This document shows positions 39,279 to 49,354 of a stretch of 64,000 bases of DNA, one piece after another. Made by a program: the position numbers and the translations under genes. Positions within the stretch are counted from its first letter, which is position 1; the number at the start of each line of letters is the position of its first letter. The notes under the pieces were generated by a model. It saw only the letters and a program-made list of their open reading frames with translations, ran no database searches and was not told the DNA's origin. The DNA lies in sequence record OR496884.1; one strand, given 5' to 3'.

Positions 39279-41393
39279 TTATACAATATCAGATGGTCTT
39301 TCTTTACGCAACCTTATACCAAAATCACTCATGATGTTTTCGATCACTTGGATTGAATGGTTGTCATTTTCTTCGCCAGGTTTGATCAATTGTTCAATTA
39401 AGAATGGATTAGGGGCTCGCAATATTCGCTTACACGCTTTCTCCAAGTTCTTTGGTCCATTGGCAAGAGAAAGTGCCCTGACTGCTGCTGCACCACCTTT
39501 TTGGTTAATATACAAACGACCTTCTGTTTCACCCACGTTACGGTTAAGGACGGCTCGATAAAATTCCCTAGCTCGTTCGTGTTTACTTAGTGAAGTGGGA
39601 AGCCCGAATATATTTAGTTTAGGCAACGACTGACAGCTAATGTCATCACCAAACTTATCCAGCATGATGTAATAAAGAGAAGATATAGGTATTGGATAAC
39701 GAGTTCTGATTGTTTCTCCAAATTCGTTTTTGTAAGTAACAGGTGTTGGTTTAATATTAGGGTAGGTTTTTTCCAATCGATCAGAAATTTTAACCCCGAC
39801 AATATTACCGGACTGAGCACCTTTAACTGAGAACTCATATTCATTTCGAGTGATCCAGTCAATGTGCTCAATACGTTGATCTGCATTAAGTGAATCAGCT
39901 AACGCGGCAAATTCTGGATTTACTGTGTCATAAAACTTAAATGCATTATCCCAAGCTTCTTGATAGTTACCTGCTTCTTTTGCGGCCTTGATCTTTGGCC
40001 ACAAATGAATGTTAACAAAGTTAATATCTTGTTCTAACAAAGAACTCAATATTTGACGTCGGAATGCAGGTGTGTTACCTACAATCATATCTGCCATATT
40101 ACCATGATCGTCAACAGGTGCCATTTCACTTGGCAAGACTTTCATAATAACCGATTTGTTACCATCCATCCCGGTATTTTTAAATCTAACTTTACCTTCA
40201 ACATCTTCTTTCAACCGAATAATAATTCTCCAGTCTTTAAGAGGAATGTTGTAGATTTTACGTTTGACTTTGTGGAAACGACCATTAGCACCAGGAGTGT
40301 GATAATCGCGTGTTACGTTACCAAGGCAACGAGTAATGAAGTTTTCCAATGCTTCGGTGACAGGAACGTTATTAGCATACTGATGATTTTTACGTCTAAA
40401 CCATCTGAGAACTTCGTTATAGAAACTGTTGTATGATTCTTCAATCTTTTCTAACACAACAGTGTGGGGCTGAGTCGCTTTTTCAGCTCTTCTATTATTA
40501 GACTGGTTTTTATAACGTTCTGTCTGGACTTCAATGTCAGCAACAATACACCCTGGGGTTGAATAAAATAGCACGTCATAAACCGGATCAGGTTTCATCA
40601 ATGCTTTTTTGCTCATTCCGGCCAATCCAGCGTTAGGATCTTTCTTGCGGAATCCCATCACAATTCCATCAGCTCTAACCGGTTCACCACTTAAAGGCGT
40701 TGGTTGGTGGAATTGACTCGTTCCATAAAGATTCAAAGGAACCCATTCATCTTCGTTCCATTGATGATCATGCATGCGTTGAAATGTAACAGCTATTTTC
40801 TTTGCATAATGTTCAAAAATAACAACTGCATCTTCTTCGGTATACACATGTGACATTGTTGCAACAGCAGTTTCGATTCCAGGACACCATTCGCCACTAT
40901 CGGTTATCCGAGCTGACGTTCCAAACACGGTTCCTTTCTTAAACATCGCATCTTCACGAACGTTTCTGAGAAGTTCTTGATCATAGCGATATTCAAATCC
41001 AAGGTCCATGTTTTGAGCATTGAACTTGGTCATTTCAATTAGATCATAATAGCCTGTTTCCAATTGTTTAACAATAACGTAGACCGTACCCCAGAGCATC
41101 GGTTCTGCGCTATTTTGAAAATCTTTAACAAAGAAAACACCCTCGACCCGAACATCAGAGTCGATTTCTATTTTCCTTGCTGTTTTTGCATATTCTATTT
41201 CTTCGCCAGAAGTGTAACGCCTTGGAGTACTATGATGAATGACTGCCGCTTTACCTAGGTTTTTTCCTAACATGTAAAGGCGGGATGGGGAAACTAGAAC
41301 TCGGCTTGCATTCATACCAACTGCTACGCTAGCAGTTCGGTTAGTGCATTGGTTAACAATATCCGCTACCTTGTTAACTTTTACAATTTTCAT
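39279..41393 (-). CDS. nvRNAP beta C-terminal subunit (phiKZ gp71-73-like), uninterrupted
   Basis: YTEEDAVVI, KNTGMDGNKSVI (cf. GRHGNKG), RNVGETE. Confidence 0.9.
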   Translation of the reverse strand: MKIVKVNKVADIVNQCTNRTASVAVGMNASRVLVSPSRLYMLGKNLGKAAVIHHSTPRRYTSGEEIEYAKTARKIEIDSDVRVEGVFFVKDFQNSAEPMLWGTVYVIVKQLETGYYDLIEMTKFNAQNMDLGFEYRYDQELLRNVREDAMFKKGTVFGTSARITDSGEWCPGIETAVATMSHVYTEEDAVVIFEHYAKKIAVTFQRMHDHQWNEDEWVPLNLYGTSQFHQPTPLSGEPVRADGIVMGFRKKDPNAGLAGMSKKALMKPDPVYDVLFYSTPGCIVADIEVQTERYKNQSNNRRAEKATQPHTVVLEKIEESYNSFYNEVLRWFRRKNHQYANNVPVTEALENFITRCLGNVTRDYHTPGANGRFHKVKRKIYNIPLKDWRIIIRLKEDVEGKVRFKNTGMDGNKSVIMKVLPSEMAPVDDHGNMADMIVGNTPAFRRQILSSLLEQDINFVNIHLWPKIKAAKEAGNYQEAWDNAFKFYDTVNPEFAALADSLNADQRIEHIDWITRNEYEFSVKGAQSGNIVGVKISDRLEKTYPNIKPTPVTYKNEFGETIRTRYPIPISSLYYIMLDKFGDDISCQSLPKLNIFGLPTSLSKHERAREFYRAVLNRNVGETEGRLYINQKGGAAAVRALSLANGPKNLEKACKRILRAPNPFLIEQLIKPGEENDNHSIQVIENIMSDFGIRLRKERPSDIV

Positions 41394-41419
41394 TTAACAC
41401 CTCCCATTGTTATACAAAT

Positions 41420-41434
41420 AGATAATATCGGTTT
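41420..41434 (-). promoter_or_regulatory. Putative early promoter motif upstream of nvRNAP beta subunit
   Basis: Minus strand AAACCGATATTATCT. Confidence 0.65.
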
Positions 41435-41473
41435 GTATTTATATAAGGTCAGTAAAAAATTACGGAGAATAAA

Positions 41474-41809
41474 ATGCCCATTAATATTAATTCAGGTAAT
41501 GAGTATTTCTACACAGAAGAATTTAAAACAACAGTTAGATCATGTAAAGAAATTATTTTAGCGCAAGCCAGTTGGGCAGGATTTGAATCTCCCGCGGTTA
41601 AACAAGCGTATAAAGGTAACTTTCATAAACTATTAAGGGCATTTGGTGGTGAAGCTCCGATTGTTCCTGAGGACATGATTTGGGTTATTGCTTATATTAA
41701 TGGAATAGAAAATCCTAATGCTGATTTTAGTCATTTAGATGGATTATGGATTGTCGATAGATTTGTTATAACTAACATTATACAAGTTAATCGAGTAATC
41801 AGGGAATAA
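41474..41809 (+). CDS. Small protein, possibly LysM / T4 gp53-like baseplate wedge
   Basis: 111 aa; WVIAYINGIENP resembles gp53-type W.I...N.I.DP; GGAG RBS. Confidence 0.5.
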   Translation: MPININSGNEYFYTEEFKTTVRSCKEIILAQASWAGFESPAVKQAYKGNFHKLLRAFGGEAPIVPEDMIWVIAYINGIENPNADFSHLDGLWIVDRFVITNIIQVNRVIRE

Positions 41810-41824
41810 AAGAAATTAAATAAT

Positions 41825-41855
41825 AGCGAGAGTAACCCATTGGGTTACTCTCGCT
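41825..41855. terminator. Bidirectional terminator between convergent genes
   Basis: 14-bp stem agcgagagtaaccc/gggttactctcgct. Confidence 0.8.
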
Positions 41856-41869
41856 TGTACATTTGTTAT

Positions 41870-43378
41870 TTAGAAATTGTTGATGTTAGTCATGCCGCCA
41901 ACGACGTCCAGCGGATTGGTTTGGGTGTCCCCCCAACCAGAGGTTTGAGTTCCCCAACCATTATTAACGGTAGTTTGATTTGCAGGAATCAATTGCTTGG
42001 TGTATGGATCCACTACATAACCATTAGGAGTACCTACTCCATACAAGGGTGGAACATTAGTGGCTCCCATTCCAGACTGTGCAAGAAGTAGTGCTGCCTG
42101 AACACGAGGGTCCATTAACCCACCCCCCATTCCCAAATTCATTCCAAATTGGTTTAACGGGTTAGTTTGCATCATTGGGTTAACAATGTTTTCAGAAATC
42201 AAACCGCCGCCTTCAGAAATAACGGTGACTCGTTCCATACCACCGGTAGTCTGATAACGGTATTCAAAGATTCCGCTTGCCTCGTTATACGTTACGCCAA
42301 TAAACTTTTCTCCTGCTCGTGGAGAAGGTTTTACTGGCAGGTTTGGTGTTGGTTTTGTTTGCTGTTGGTTGTATTGATTTTGAACCTGATACGGTTGTTG
42401 ATGTTCACTTTGGGTATTGAGTACATTTCCGTAAACGTTAGTATTAACGTTTTCTTCTTGTACGGTATTGATGTTCTGGTTATTGTAATCCAAGGATGGA
42501 ATCAATCCTTTCAAACTACCCAGGTTATCAAGTTCCACACTCCACTCAATATCAATCCCGTATTGGCCAGCGGAATCAAATTCTTTACGATGCTTACCAA
42601 TCAGGGAATTGAGTCCAGTGGCAACCATTACATAAGAATTCAAATAAGCTGTCAATCTTGCTGCATCAGGGGAAACAACAAACGCAGTACACATATCAGG
42701 ATCAGAAGCACTGGGGAAACATATTTCCATCAGATGGATCATCAGTTCCAATGCTTCTCGGCTAACCGCGGTTCCATTAAAATTAAGGCGATCAGTTTGA
42801 CTACCTTGGTTTTTCAACAAGAACTTGCACAGTTCATTGTAGTAAGGGAACACTGGTGTTGCAGTCCAATAGATATGACGGTCGTTTTCGTCTTTACCAC
42901 CTTTGTGCATATTAAAGGTAATCAAACGGTTATCAATCCCAGCCGCGTCCAGAGTAATCCCAACACCTTTGATCAATTGAATAAGTTGTTGTTTAGTTTC
43001 TTGGCTCGCGTTCTTAAATGGATTCAGTGTTGCTACCATTTTATCAGAAAGCGTTTTACCGGTCTTTTTGGCGGCAACAGCAAATAGTACTTGAGCAATA
43101 GGTTGCCATGTGCTATAGATTTTAGCGCTGGTCAACTTACGAATGACTTTAAATATTTCAGTTTCTTTCGACATGATGGATTCACATGCCGGATGAAAGA
43201 AAACTTTACCAATGGTAACAGCAGAAAGATTTTCAGCAGTTGGCAAATAAACGTTTTTGTCATCCACTTTAACTGGATGTTCAGAGCCGCCCATTGAAAG
43301 CATCAACGCGTATTCTGGGGTAAACGTTACATTCCAAGACAACAACATGGCTTCGTAAAGTTTATTAAGAGCGTTCAT
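41870..43378 (-). CDS. Conserved core protein with Q/N/G low-complexity tail (phiKZ gp70-like)
   Basis: 502 aa between the PicA-like gene and the beta subunit. Confidence 0.65.
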   Translation of the reverse strand: MNALNKLYEAMLLSWNVTFTPEYALMLSMGGSEHPVKVDDKNVYLPTAENLSAVTIGKVFFHPACESIMSKETEIFKVIRKLTSAKIYSTWQPIAQVLFAVAAKKTGKTLSDKMVATLNPFKNASQETKQQLIQLIKGVGITLDAAGIDNRLITFNMHKGGKDENDRHIYWTATPVFPYYNELCKFLLKNQGSQTDRLNFNGTAVSREALELMIHLMEICFPSASDPDMCTAFVVSPDAARLTAYLNSYVMVATGLNSLIGKHRKEFDSAGQYGIDIEWSVELDNLGSLKGLIPSLDYNNQNINTVQEENVNTNVYGNVLNTQSEHQQPYQVQNQYNQQQTKPTPNLPVKPSPRAGEKFIGVTYNEASGIFEYRYQTTGGMERVTVISEGGGLISENIVNPMMQTNPLNQFGMNLGMGGGLMDPRVQAALLLAQSGMGATNVPPLYGVGTPNGYVVDPYTKQLIPANQTTVNNGWGTQTSGWGDTQTNPLDVVGGMTNINNF

Positions 43379-43400
43379 TAGTCAATTGTCCTTGTATGAA

Positions 43401-44933
43401 TTAAAGAGAAAAGTATTCGCGAATGTTGTTGAGGAAGTTTAGACCCAGTGCGGTAGACGCCTCGCTGGTACCCAACACATTACTGGCATTATTAATTGCG
43501 AAGGTTGGGAAAGAATAAGTTTTCATTCCATCGATGTTACCGCTACCATCAATAGAGAATCCAGAACTGATATTATTTTCATTTACCAGTGTCATGTTGA
43601 TTTGAACAGTACCGAACAATTCTGCCGATACTTCAAACCGGATTGGAGTTGTTGAATGGATTGCTTCACCGCGGAGTCTTGCAAAGATCTGGTTGGACAA
43701 ATCTTGACAGAAGTTTTCTACTTTAGGGCCCAGGTTCCAGTCGTCATCTGACATGGAAACACCACCCCAAGGAAGAAGAACAACGTTATCAAAACCGTCT
43801 TGACCAAAGTTATCACAGTTGGAACCTCGGAATGAAACACCAACCAATCCATGACGAATCAACAAGTCACAAACGTTAAACATGATCTGGTGAACTACAA
43901 TTTCTTGAATTGTAGCAGTACCCATTGTTTCTGCCGTTTCGGTAAAGTCCATTGGAGTAAACATGGTACTGTCAAACAGATCCAGATCCACAACGTCTTC
44001 AAAGTTTTCGTACATGTAAATAAGATCGCCAATACTGTAACCGGCAAAATTATTCATTCGTACTTGACCTAACGAACCATTCATGTCATTGAAGAAATGA
44101 TCTCGCAACAAACCAGGTTCACGTTGTCCTGTGTTATGGGCCAACATAGACAATTCGCCGTCAACACCTTCACCCAGACTTATTTCACTAGGAGAACCTG
44201 AGCCACTACCTTGATAGTTACGAATCCTGAATTGATAGTCAGTCCCTACACTCAACATCTCTGCTGCGTACTGAGATGGATTCATATTGGAACGACGGGA
44301 GGTGACAACACCCAAACGGTTAATGTCGGCGGAGGCAGCAGTCATTGTTGGGACAATACCACTTAGACCTTCATTTTCCATTTGCTGGATAATGTCGTTT
44401 TTATTATTTTCATTTAGTCCAATCTGGATAATATCAGTAGGACGAAGTGCAACCAATTTGTTATCATTGGATCCGTCGTTCATCAGATAGTCAGTACGTT
44501 CACCAATGGTTCTACGAGTAGAAACTGGGCTAGCAAAGTCACCGCTTCCTACCATAGTCTCTTCTGTTTTCCAAGAGAACTGTGGTACAAAACGTGCATT
44601 GGTAGAAAGACCTTGTGCGTCGTTGTTAACAATATAACCGATGACATGCATATAAATAACATGAACGTTACTTTGTTCAACAATAAAGTCCAATTTCATC
44701 AAACCTTTACTGTCATTCCAACCACCAGCAATAGTTGCAAAGTCAGAAGCCTGAGCGTTCAAACAACCTGACATGGCTGCTGCATTAAGAATACTTGCTT
44801 TAGATACACCGCCACTTAGATTTTCAGAAATAAGTTGATCAACAACTTGGTTGGACATGTCAACTTGGTTTTGACGAATGACCTGGTTTACATAATAGTT
44901 AGTCAAGCCTACTTTTGCGCGGATCAATTGCAT
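43401..44933 (-). CDS. picA: Probable phage-nucleus protein import factor (phiKZ gp69 = PicA/Imp1 position)
   Basis: 510 aa immediately downstream of the sigma-like subunit in the Chimalliviridae core block; synteny-based. Confidence 0.65.
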   Translation of the reverse strand: MQLIRAKVGLTNYYVNQVIRQNQVDMSNQVVDQLISENLSGGVSKASILNAAAMSGCLNAQASDFATIAGGWNDSKGLMKLDFIVEQSNVHVIYMHVIGYIVNNDAQGLSTNARFVPQFSWKTEETMVGSGDFASPVSTRRTIGERTDYLMNDGSNDNKLVALRPTDIIQIGLNENNKNDIIQQMENEGLSGIVPTMTAASADINRLGVVTSRRSNMNPSQYAAEMLSVGTDYQFRIRNYQGSGSGSPSEISLGEGVDGELSMLAHNTGQREPGLLRDHFFNDMNGSLGQVRMNNFAGYSIGDLIYMYENFEDVVDLDLFDSTMFTPMDFTETAETMGTATIQEIVVHQIMFNVCDLLIRHGLVGVSFRGSNCDNFGQDGFDNVVLLPWGGVSMSDDDWNLGPKVENFCQDLSNQIFARLRGEAIHSTTPIRFEVSAELFGTVQINMTLVNENNISSGFSIDGSGNIDGMKTYSFPTFAINNASNVLGTSEASTALGLNFLNNIREYFSL

Positions 44934-44935
44934 TT

Positions 44936-46528
44936 TTATTCCTCAACTATTTCATTTACTTGTTTAATAAACGCTACCAGTTCTTGTTTTATTTCTGGTA
45001 CCAGGTCAATAGGATACATATCACCTTGTCCCATGGCATCAATGAATACTTGATTACCTAAGAGACCTGGCTCAATGTTTGATTCCCAACTAGATGACGC
45101 TAATTCATCTAAAAAGTTTTGTGTTCCAAGAACCATGAAGTTATCTGTAGTAGCGGTATTTTGACCACTATAGATATATGACAAATTACACAACTCTTCA
45201 CGTTCTTTTGTGTTAAGTTTAAATTCATCATTAATGAACGTCATGGCGCCATTTTTATTTCTTACTGCACAAAGAACCGTTGCTAGATATTCATATCCCA
45301 TCTCAAACAACTTTACTTGTGCAAGACAAATAGCAGCAAGGAGTTGGCGATAATCCATTGCTGGATAAAGGTAATAATTTACATCTTCCGCAAACGTTAA
45401 TTGCAACAATTGATATTGAATATTGGTAAAGCGGAAATTCCAAACGGCAGGTAAATTGTTATACAGCTTTTCTGCCAATGCTTGATTTTTGATTCCAAGT
45501 CCGATTGCTTGATGTTTAAAGAAATCGTGATAAATTGGATTTTCATTTTCATCAAACATTCCAAACGAAAAGTATTCGCAAAGTGCAGTTTCATCTGTAC
45601 CATTAACTGCTTGAGCGATACGATAACTTTCCGGAATAGATTGATCTTCAGAACCTTTTCTGGTTTCTGAAAAACTAGAGAATTTAAAAGATTGGTCTTT
45701 TCTTTCTTCTCCTGCCACCAAGCTGTTTAGTTCTTTACTTAAGTTTTTATCTTTAACCTTACTTGGAATAAAAGATAAACACAGTTTATTAAACAAACCC
45801 TTTGAAACAATGTGATCAATGTACTTTGCATCCGATACTACACTTGCAGTATTCCGACTTCCTGCTTGTCTAGCGGCGCTGGCACGGATATAGGTATCCA
45901 TGATTTTCCAACCGGTCATATCAGGGATATAACCAATGTTGGGTATCATGTTACCTGCCACCGCATACTGATAATCTTTACCAGTAACCTCGTTGATTTG
46001 ATCAAGAAGCTGGTGTACGAGCGGATAAGAAACTTGCGCAGTAAACGCTAGCTTAACCAATTCCGCGTACTTAATATTATCAATGGTTGTTTCTTCTGGA
46101 TAATCCCCCATTGACGCCATTTGCATTAGATCTTTAGGTGCAACACACCGACCTGTAACATCAGCTGCATAAGCGATGTCATTAGGAGAAATAATTGCGT
46201 ACATCTCCTTAATGATTACTTGGAGCTGTTGAGTTAGGAATTCGTAATCAAGACTTTTAGCCCTGAGCTGGATTAGCTCTTCGGTTTCTTCTTCCTCAAA
46301 ATAACCAGGTTCTAAAATACGTTTACCTCGTTTAAACAGAGCAAACATTTTATCGATGTTACTTTGGTCAGAACCCTCAAAAAACTCATTGAGAAATTCA
46401 AAGAGCTCTTGGGTCGCATCACCACCATTGACCGTAGCAACACCCCTAAATTCTATTTTTTCATTTTTATGGGAAACAATGATGCTATCTATCCTTCGTT
46501 TTCCGCTCATTGTAATGTCGTAACGCAT
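44936..46528 (-). CDS. nvRNAP sigma-like specificity subunit (phiKZ gp68-like)
   Basis: ~530 aa (ATG 46528 with GGAG); core-block position. Confidence 0.7.
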   Translation of the reverse strand: MRYDITMSGKRRIDSIIVSHKNEKIEFRGVATVNGGDATQELFEFLNEFFEGSDQSNIDKMFALFKRGKRILEPGYFEEEETEELIQLRAKSLDYEFLTQQLQVIIKEMYAIISPNDIAYAADVTGRCVAPKDLMQMASMGDYPEETTIDNIKYAELVKLAFTAQVSYPLVHQLLDQINEVTGKDYQYAVAGNMIPNIGYIPDMTGWKIMDTYIRASAARQAGSRNTASVVSDAKYIDHIVSKGLFNKLCLSFIPSKVKDKNLSKELNSLVAGEERKDQSFKFSSFSETRKGSEDQSIPESYRIAQAVNGTDETALCEYFSFGMFDENENPIYHDFFKHQAIGLGIKNQALAEKLYNNLPAVWNFRFTNIQYQLLQLTFAEDVNYYLYPAMDYRQLLAAICLAQVKLFEMGYEYLATVLCAVRNKNGAMTFINDEFKLNTKEREELCNLSYIYSGQNTATTDNFMVLGTQNFLDELASSSWESNIEPGLLGNQVFIDAMGQGDMYPIDLVPEIKQELVAFIKQVNEIVEE

Positions 46529-46554
46529 TAGAGACTCTCCATTGTTGAACACGA

Positions 46555-46569
46555 TAATAATATCTGTTT
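46555..46569 (-). promoter_or_regulatory. Putative early promoter motif upstream of sigma-like subunit
   Basis: Minus strand AAACAGATATTATTA. Confidence 0.65.
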
Positions 46570-46599
46570 AAAAACTTATAGAAGAACAAAAATAAAATA

Positions 46600-46625
46600 A
46601 TCCAGGAGACCTTAGTCTCCTGGAT
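46600..46625. terminator. Terminator after ChmC-like gene
   Basis: 11-bp stem atccaggagac/gtctcctggat. Confidence 0.75.
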
Positions 46626-46639
46626 GTTGTTATTAGATA

Positions 46640-47359
46640 TTAAAAATCGACGTCATCAAAATCACTGCTATTGGCTGGCGGTTGACTTCCACCAGAACGG
46701 TTTCCACCGTTATTGTTGTTATTTCCGCCACCGTTATTGTTAGCGTCTTTCTTTTCACGAGGTTTGTAATTTTCAATCTCGTATTTGTCAAGAATTTTAG
46801 CCGAGAATTCAATAAAGGCTTTACAGTAAACCCGAGACATTAGACCTTTGTCTTCTTGCGGTTCACCGTCTTTTTGAACAAGGATAATTGATTCAAATGG
46901 AGAATTGAAATGGAACATGACTTTATATGTTCCTTTACTGTAGCCAACAGAAATTTTACCTTCTGGATTTCGAACAACAGTAAAAATACCCAAAGTAGAT
47001 GGATGATCATTCAGTCGACCACCATTACCAAATGTAACTTGTTTTACATGGTACTGGGCTTTTGTAAAATCTTTATTATCACAAGCTTCACGCATTAGAT
47101 TAAACAATGAATTTCGATCCATTGCACTGAGAGCAACTTCTTTTAGTTTTGCATTACGGTCGTCTTTACCGTAAACACCATCGTTAACTTTAAAATAAAT
47201 TTTACCATCAAGACCGAGTTCGTAAGTCCAACGAGCCGGATACTTGGCACCCTCAACTGGTTGCTCGGACATGGGCATCGGATAACGGTAGTCGTTTAGC
47301 ATGGAACCAGGACGACGTTGAAATTCTCGGTTGGTATTGTTGTTGTAGCTGCTGGACAT
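46640..47359 (-). CDS. chmC: Nucleus-associated nucleic-acid-binding protein, ChmC-like
   Basis: 239 aa, beta-rich core, N/G-rich disordered tail ending SDFDDVDF, directly upstream of the sigma-like gene. Confidence 0.65.
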   Translation of the reverse strand: MSSSYNNNTNREFQRRPGSMLNDYRYPMPMSEQPVEGAKYPARWTYELGLDGKIYFKVNDGVYGKDDRNAKLKEVALSAMDRNSLFNLMREACDNKDFTKAQYHVKQVTFGNGGRLNDHPSTLGIFTVVRNPEGKISVGYSKGTYKVMFHFNSPFESIILVQKDGEPQEDKGLMSRVYCKAFIEFSAKILDKYEIENYKPREKKDANNNGGGNNNNNGGNRSGGSQPPANSSDFDDVDF

Positions 47360-47371
47360 GGTACTGATTCC

Positions 47372-48187
47372 TTATATCATCTTTAATAGGATTGGTTTAG
47401 CAGGATTAGTGCTAGGAAGTTTATTGATTGAGTTTCTTACAAAACTAACTGTTGAACCTGTGCTCCAAGGAACACTGTTTGCAAGTTGTTTAATTTCATT
47501 CTTAATAGCAGCTGATTGTGCATAAAAATGGTTAGCCCTATCCCCAAACACTTGAATCGTTAATTTGTTTAAAGGGATATTTGGATGTTCACTTGCACCA
47601 GTTAGTTTTGTACTAAATAATGGAAAGTTTTTAATTGTTCCCGTATGGGATTCCAATAAATGCAATCTGGCGTAACTTTCTGTTGTAACAAGATCAACAG
47701 GTAGATGGGTTAATATTAATCCGTCACCGCCAAATTGAGGAATGGAACAATCAACTTGATTTATGTATTTGTCAAACTCCTTTAAAATTCGTTTTATTAC
47801 ACTGTTATCTAATAATACTTGCTCTTTTCTATTTTGCTCTTTTGGATTAACTAGCTTTTCAGGATTCATTTCCTTTAACTTTGCAAAAGGAAAAAGTCTA
47901 GAAAGAGATTGATAACTTGGGTAATAAAACTTTAGATCTAATATTGTTTTTAATTTTAAAGAATTAATATGCTCAGCTATTCCGACCATATCTTCTTTAA
48001 CGGATTCAAAAAGTAAATCTTCACCTGGAGTCTCCTCAAAGCTCTCTCTTGCATTTCTAACAATAGTCCTTATGTTGATGAGGAAAGATTGGAAGCGATG
48101 CATAGGAGTGTTCTGAAAGACTTCTATGGCTAATGCAGTACCGACACTAATCGGTACCGTCCCCAGAGTTCTAATTGGACTAGTCAT
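47372..48187 (-). CDS. Conserved core protein, possibly RNase H / 5-prime nuclease-like
   Basis: 271 aa; LINIRT, THLPVDL and ESHTG segments; position after SbcD. Confidence 0.45.
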   Translation of the reverse strand: MTSPIRTLGTVPISVGTALAIEVFQNTPMHRFQSFLINIRTIVRNARESFEETPGEDLLFESVKEDMVGIAEHINSLKLKTILDLKFYYPSYQSLSRLFPFAKLKEMNPEKLVNPKEQNRKEQVLLDNSVIKRILKEFDKYINQVDCSIPQFGGDGLILTHLPVDLVTTESYARLHLLESHTGTIKNFPLFSTKLTGASEHPNIPLNKLTIQVFGDRANHFYAQSAAIKNEIKQLANSVPWSTGSTVSFVRNSINKLPSTNPAKPILLKMI

Positions 48188-49352
48188 TCATTGCCTCATC
48201 CAATAATTCATCTAAAAGTTCTTTATCATATTGTTCAAATAAGTTTACGCTATCACCAAGTTGGTTTTTGATAAACCGATAAAGATTGTCTTTTAAATTT
48301 TCTTTTGTTAATTGGACACCAGCGTATTCTTCTGGATCATAAAGTGTTTCGTCAATATTGACGTTTTCTTTCTTTACGTTATCCGATTCAAATACATAAT
48401 CTGGAAATTGTTCTTTATATTCATTTAACAAAGGAACAACAACACTACCTTCACCATTTCTAACTTTAATATGTGTTCGAACAGGAGGTTTCTTCTCAAG
48501 GTATTTATTGAGAATCTTTATCAGTTCTTTTGTTGTTGTTTCTGGTGTAACATCGATGTAATCATAAATTTGAGCATCTTTGTTATCCCAGAACTCTGCA
48601 AAAAACTTTTCTTTGTTAAAACTGAAACGATAAGCACCTTTTGGATGCATTTCTCCATAAGCCGTTCTATTGAACGATCCAGAACAATGTATATTAAGTT
48701 TACGTGCTGGTTTATGAATATGACCTGAAAAGATAGCGTGCTTTGCTAACTTAGACCATTTTAATTCATCGTATAATGTTCCGTGTTTGTCGGCTATAGG
48801 TGGGAGTTGAAACTTAAACCCACCGTGGAGAAATATAAAATCTACTTGTGTTAAATTGTGTTTAGCTAGCTCTTCCAAAGCGAGTTCATAGATAGTTTCA
48901 GTATTAACTTTACCAAAATTATCAGGAACATAAAGTACATTAATATCCAGATCAGGGAAGTATTCAATACAAAGTGTATTAATGTATTTTACATAAGGAG
49001 AACCTTTTGGTTTACTGATTTCCAATAACTCAGGTTGCCCCCAATCGTGGGAAGACGTTCCTTCTAAATATCTAGCGTATGTTTTATTTTCATGACAGAT
49101 ATGGTTGTATTTTTTAAACCATCTTTGAACCAAAATCATGTTTGGATCATTAGCTGATGCTAAGTCATGAAAAACATCACCGCCAAAAACAGATAACTTT
49201 ATTTCTTTTGGGTTATTGTCTTTGTAATAAAATTTGTCCATACAACTTAATGTATGGCGAGTAGGTGTATGCGGATGGAGGGTGTGATGATCCGAACTCC
49301 AAAGTGCTTTAATCATTGACATGAATATATCTCCGCCATCCGCAGTTAGCAA
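48180..49352 (-). CDS. SbcD/Mre11-family metallophosphoesterase nuclease (phiKZ gp65-like)
   Basis: SDHH, GGDVFH, GTSSHD, LHG, SGHIH motifs. Confidence 0.9.
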   Translation of the reverse strand: MLTADGGDIFMSMIKALWSSDHHTLHPHTPTRHTLSCMDKFYYKDNNPKEIKLSVFGGDVFHDLASANDPNMILVQRWFKKYNHICHENKTYARYLEGTSSHDWGQPELLEISKPKGSPYVKYINTLCIEYFPDLDINVLYVPDNFGKVNTETIYELALEELAKHNLTQVDFIFLHGGFKFQLPPIADKHGTLYDELKWSKLAKHAIFSGHIHKPARKLNIHCSGSFNRTAYGEMHPKGAYRFSFNKEKFFAEFWDNKDAQIYDYIDVTPETTTKELIKILNKYLEKKPPVRTHIKVRNGEGSVVVPLLNEYKEQFPDYVFESDNVKKENVNIDETLYDPEEYAGVQLTKENLKDNLYRFIKNQLGDSVNLFEQYDKELLDELLDEAMND

Positions 49353-49354
49353 TA

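Noticed and set aside
39279-41393. Intron in the nvRNAP beta subunit, as in phiKZ gp71-73
   Set aside because: ORF is continuous with motifs intact and no group I core elements seen
41455-41463. AAAAATTAC middle-promoter-like and scattered TATG late-promoter-like words
   Set aside because: Too short to distinguish from chance in AT-rich DNA without start-site data
42167-43087. 306-aa plus-strand ORF
   Set aside because: Lies wholly antisense within 41870-43378; no protein-like features
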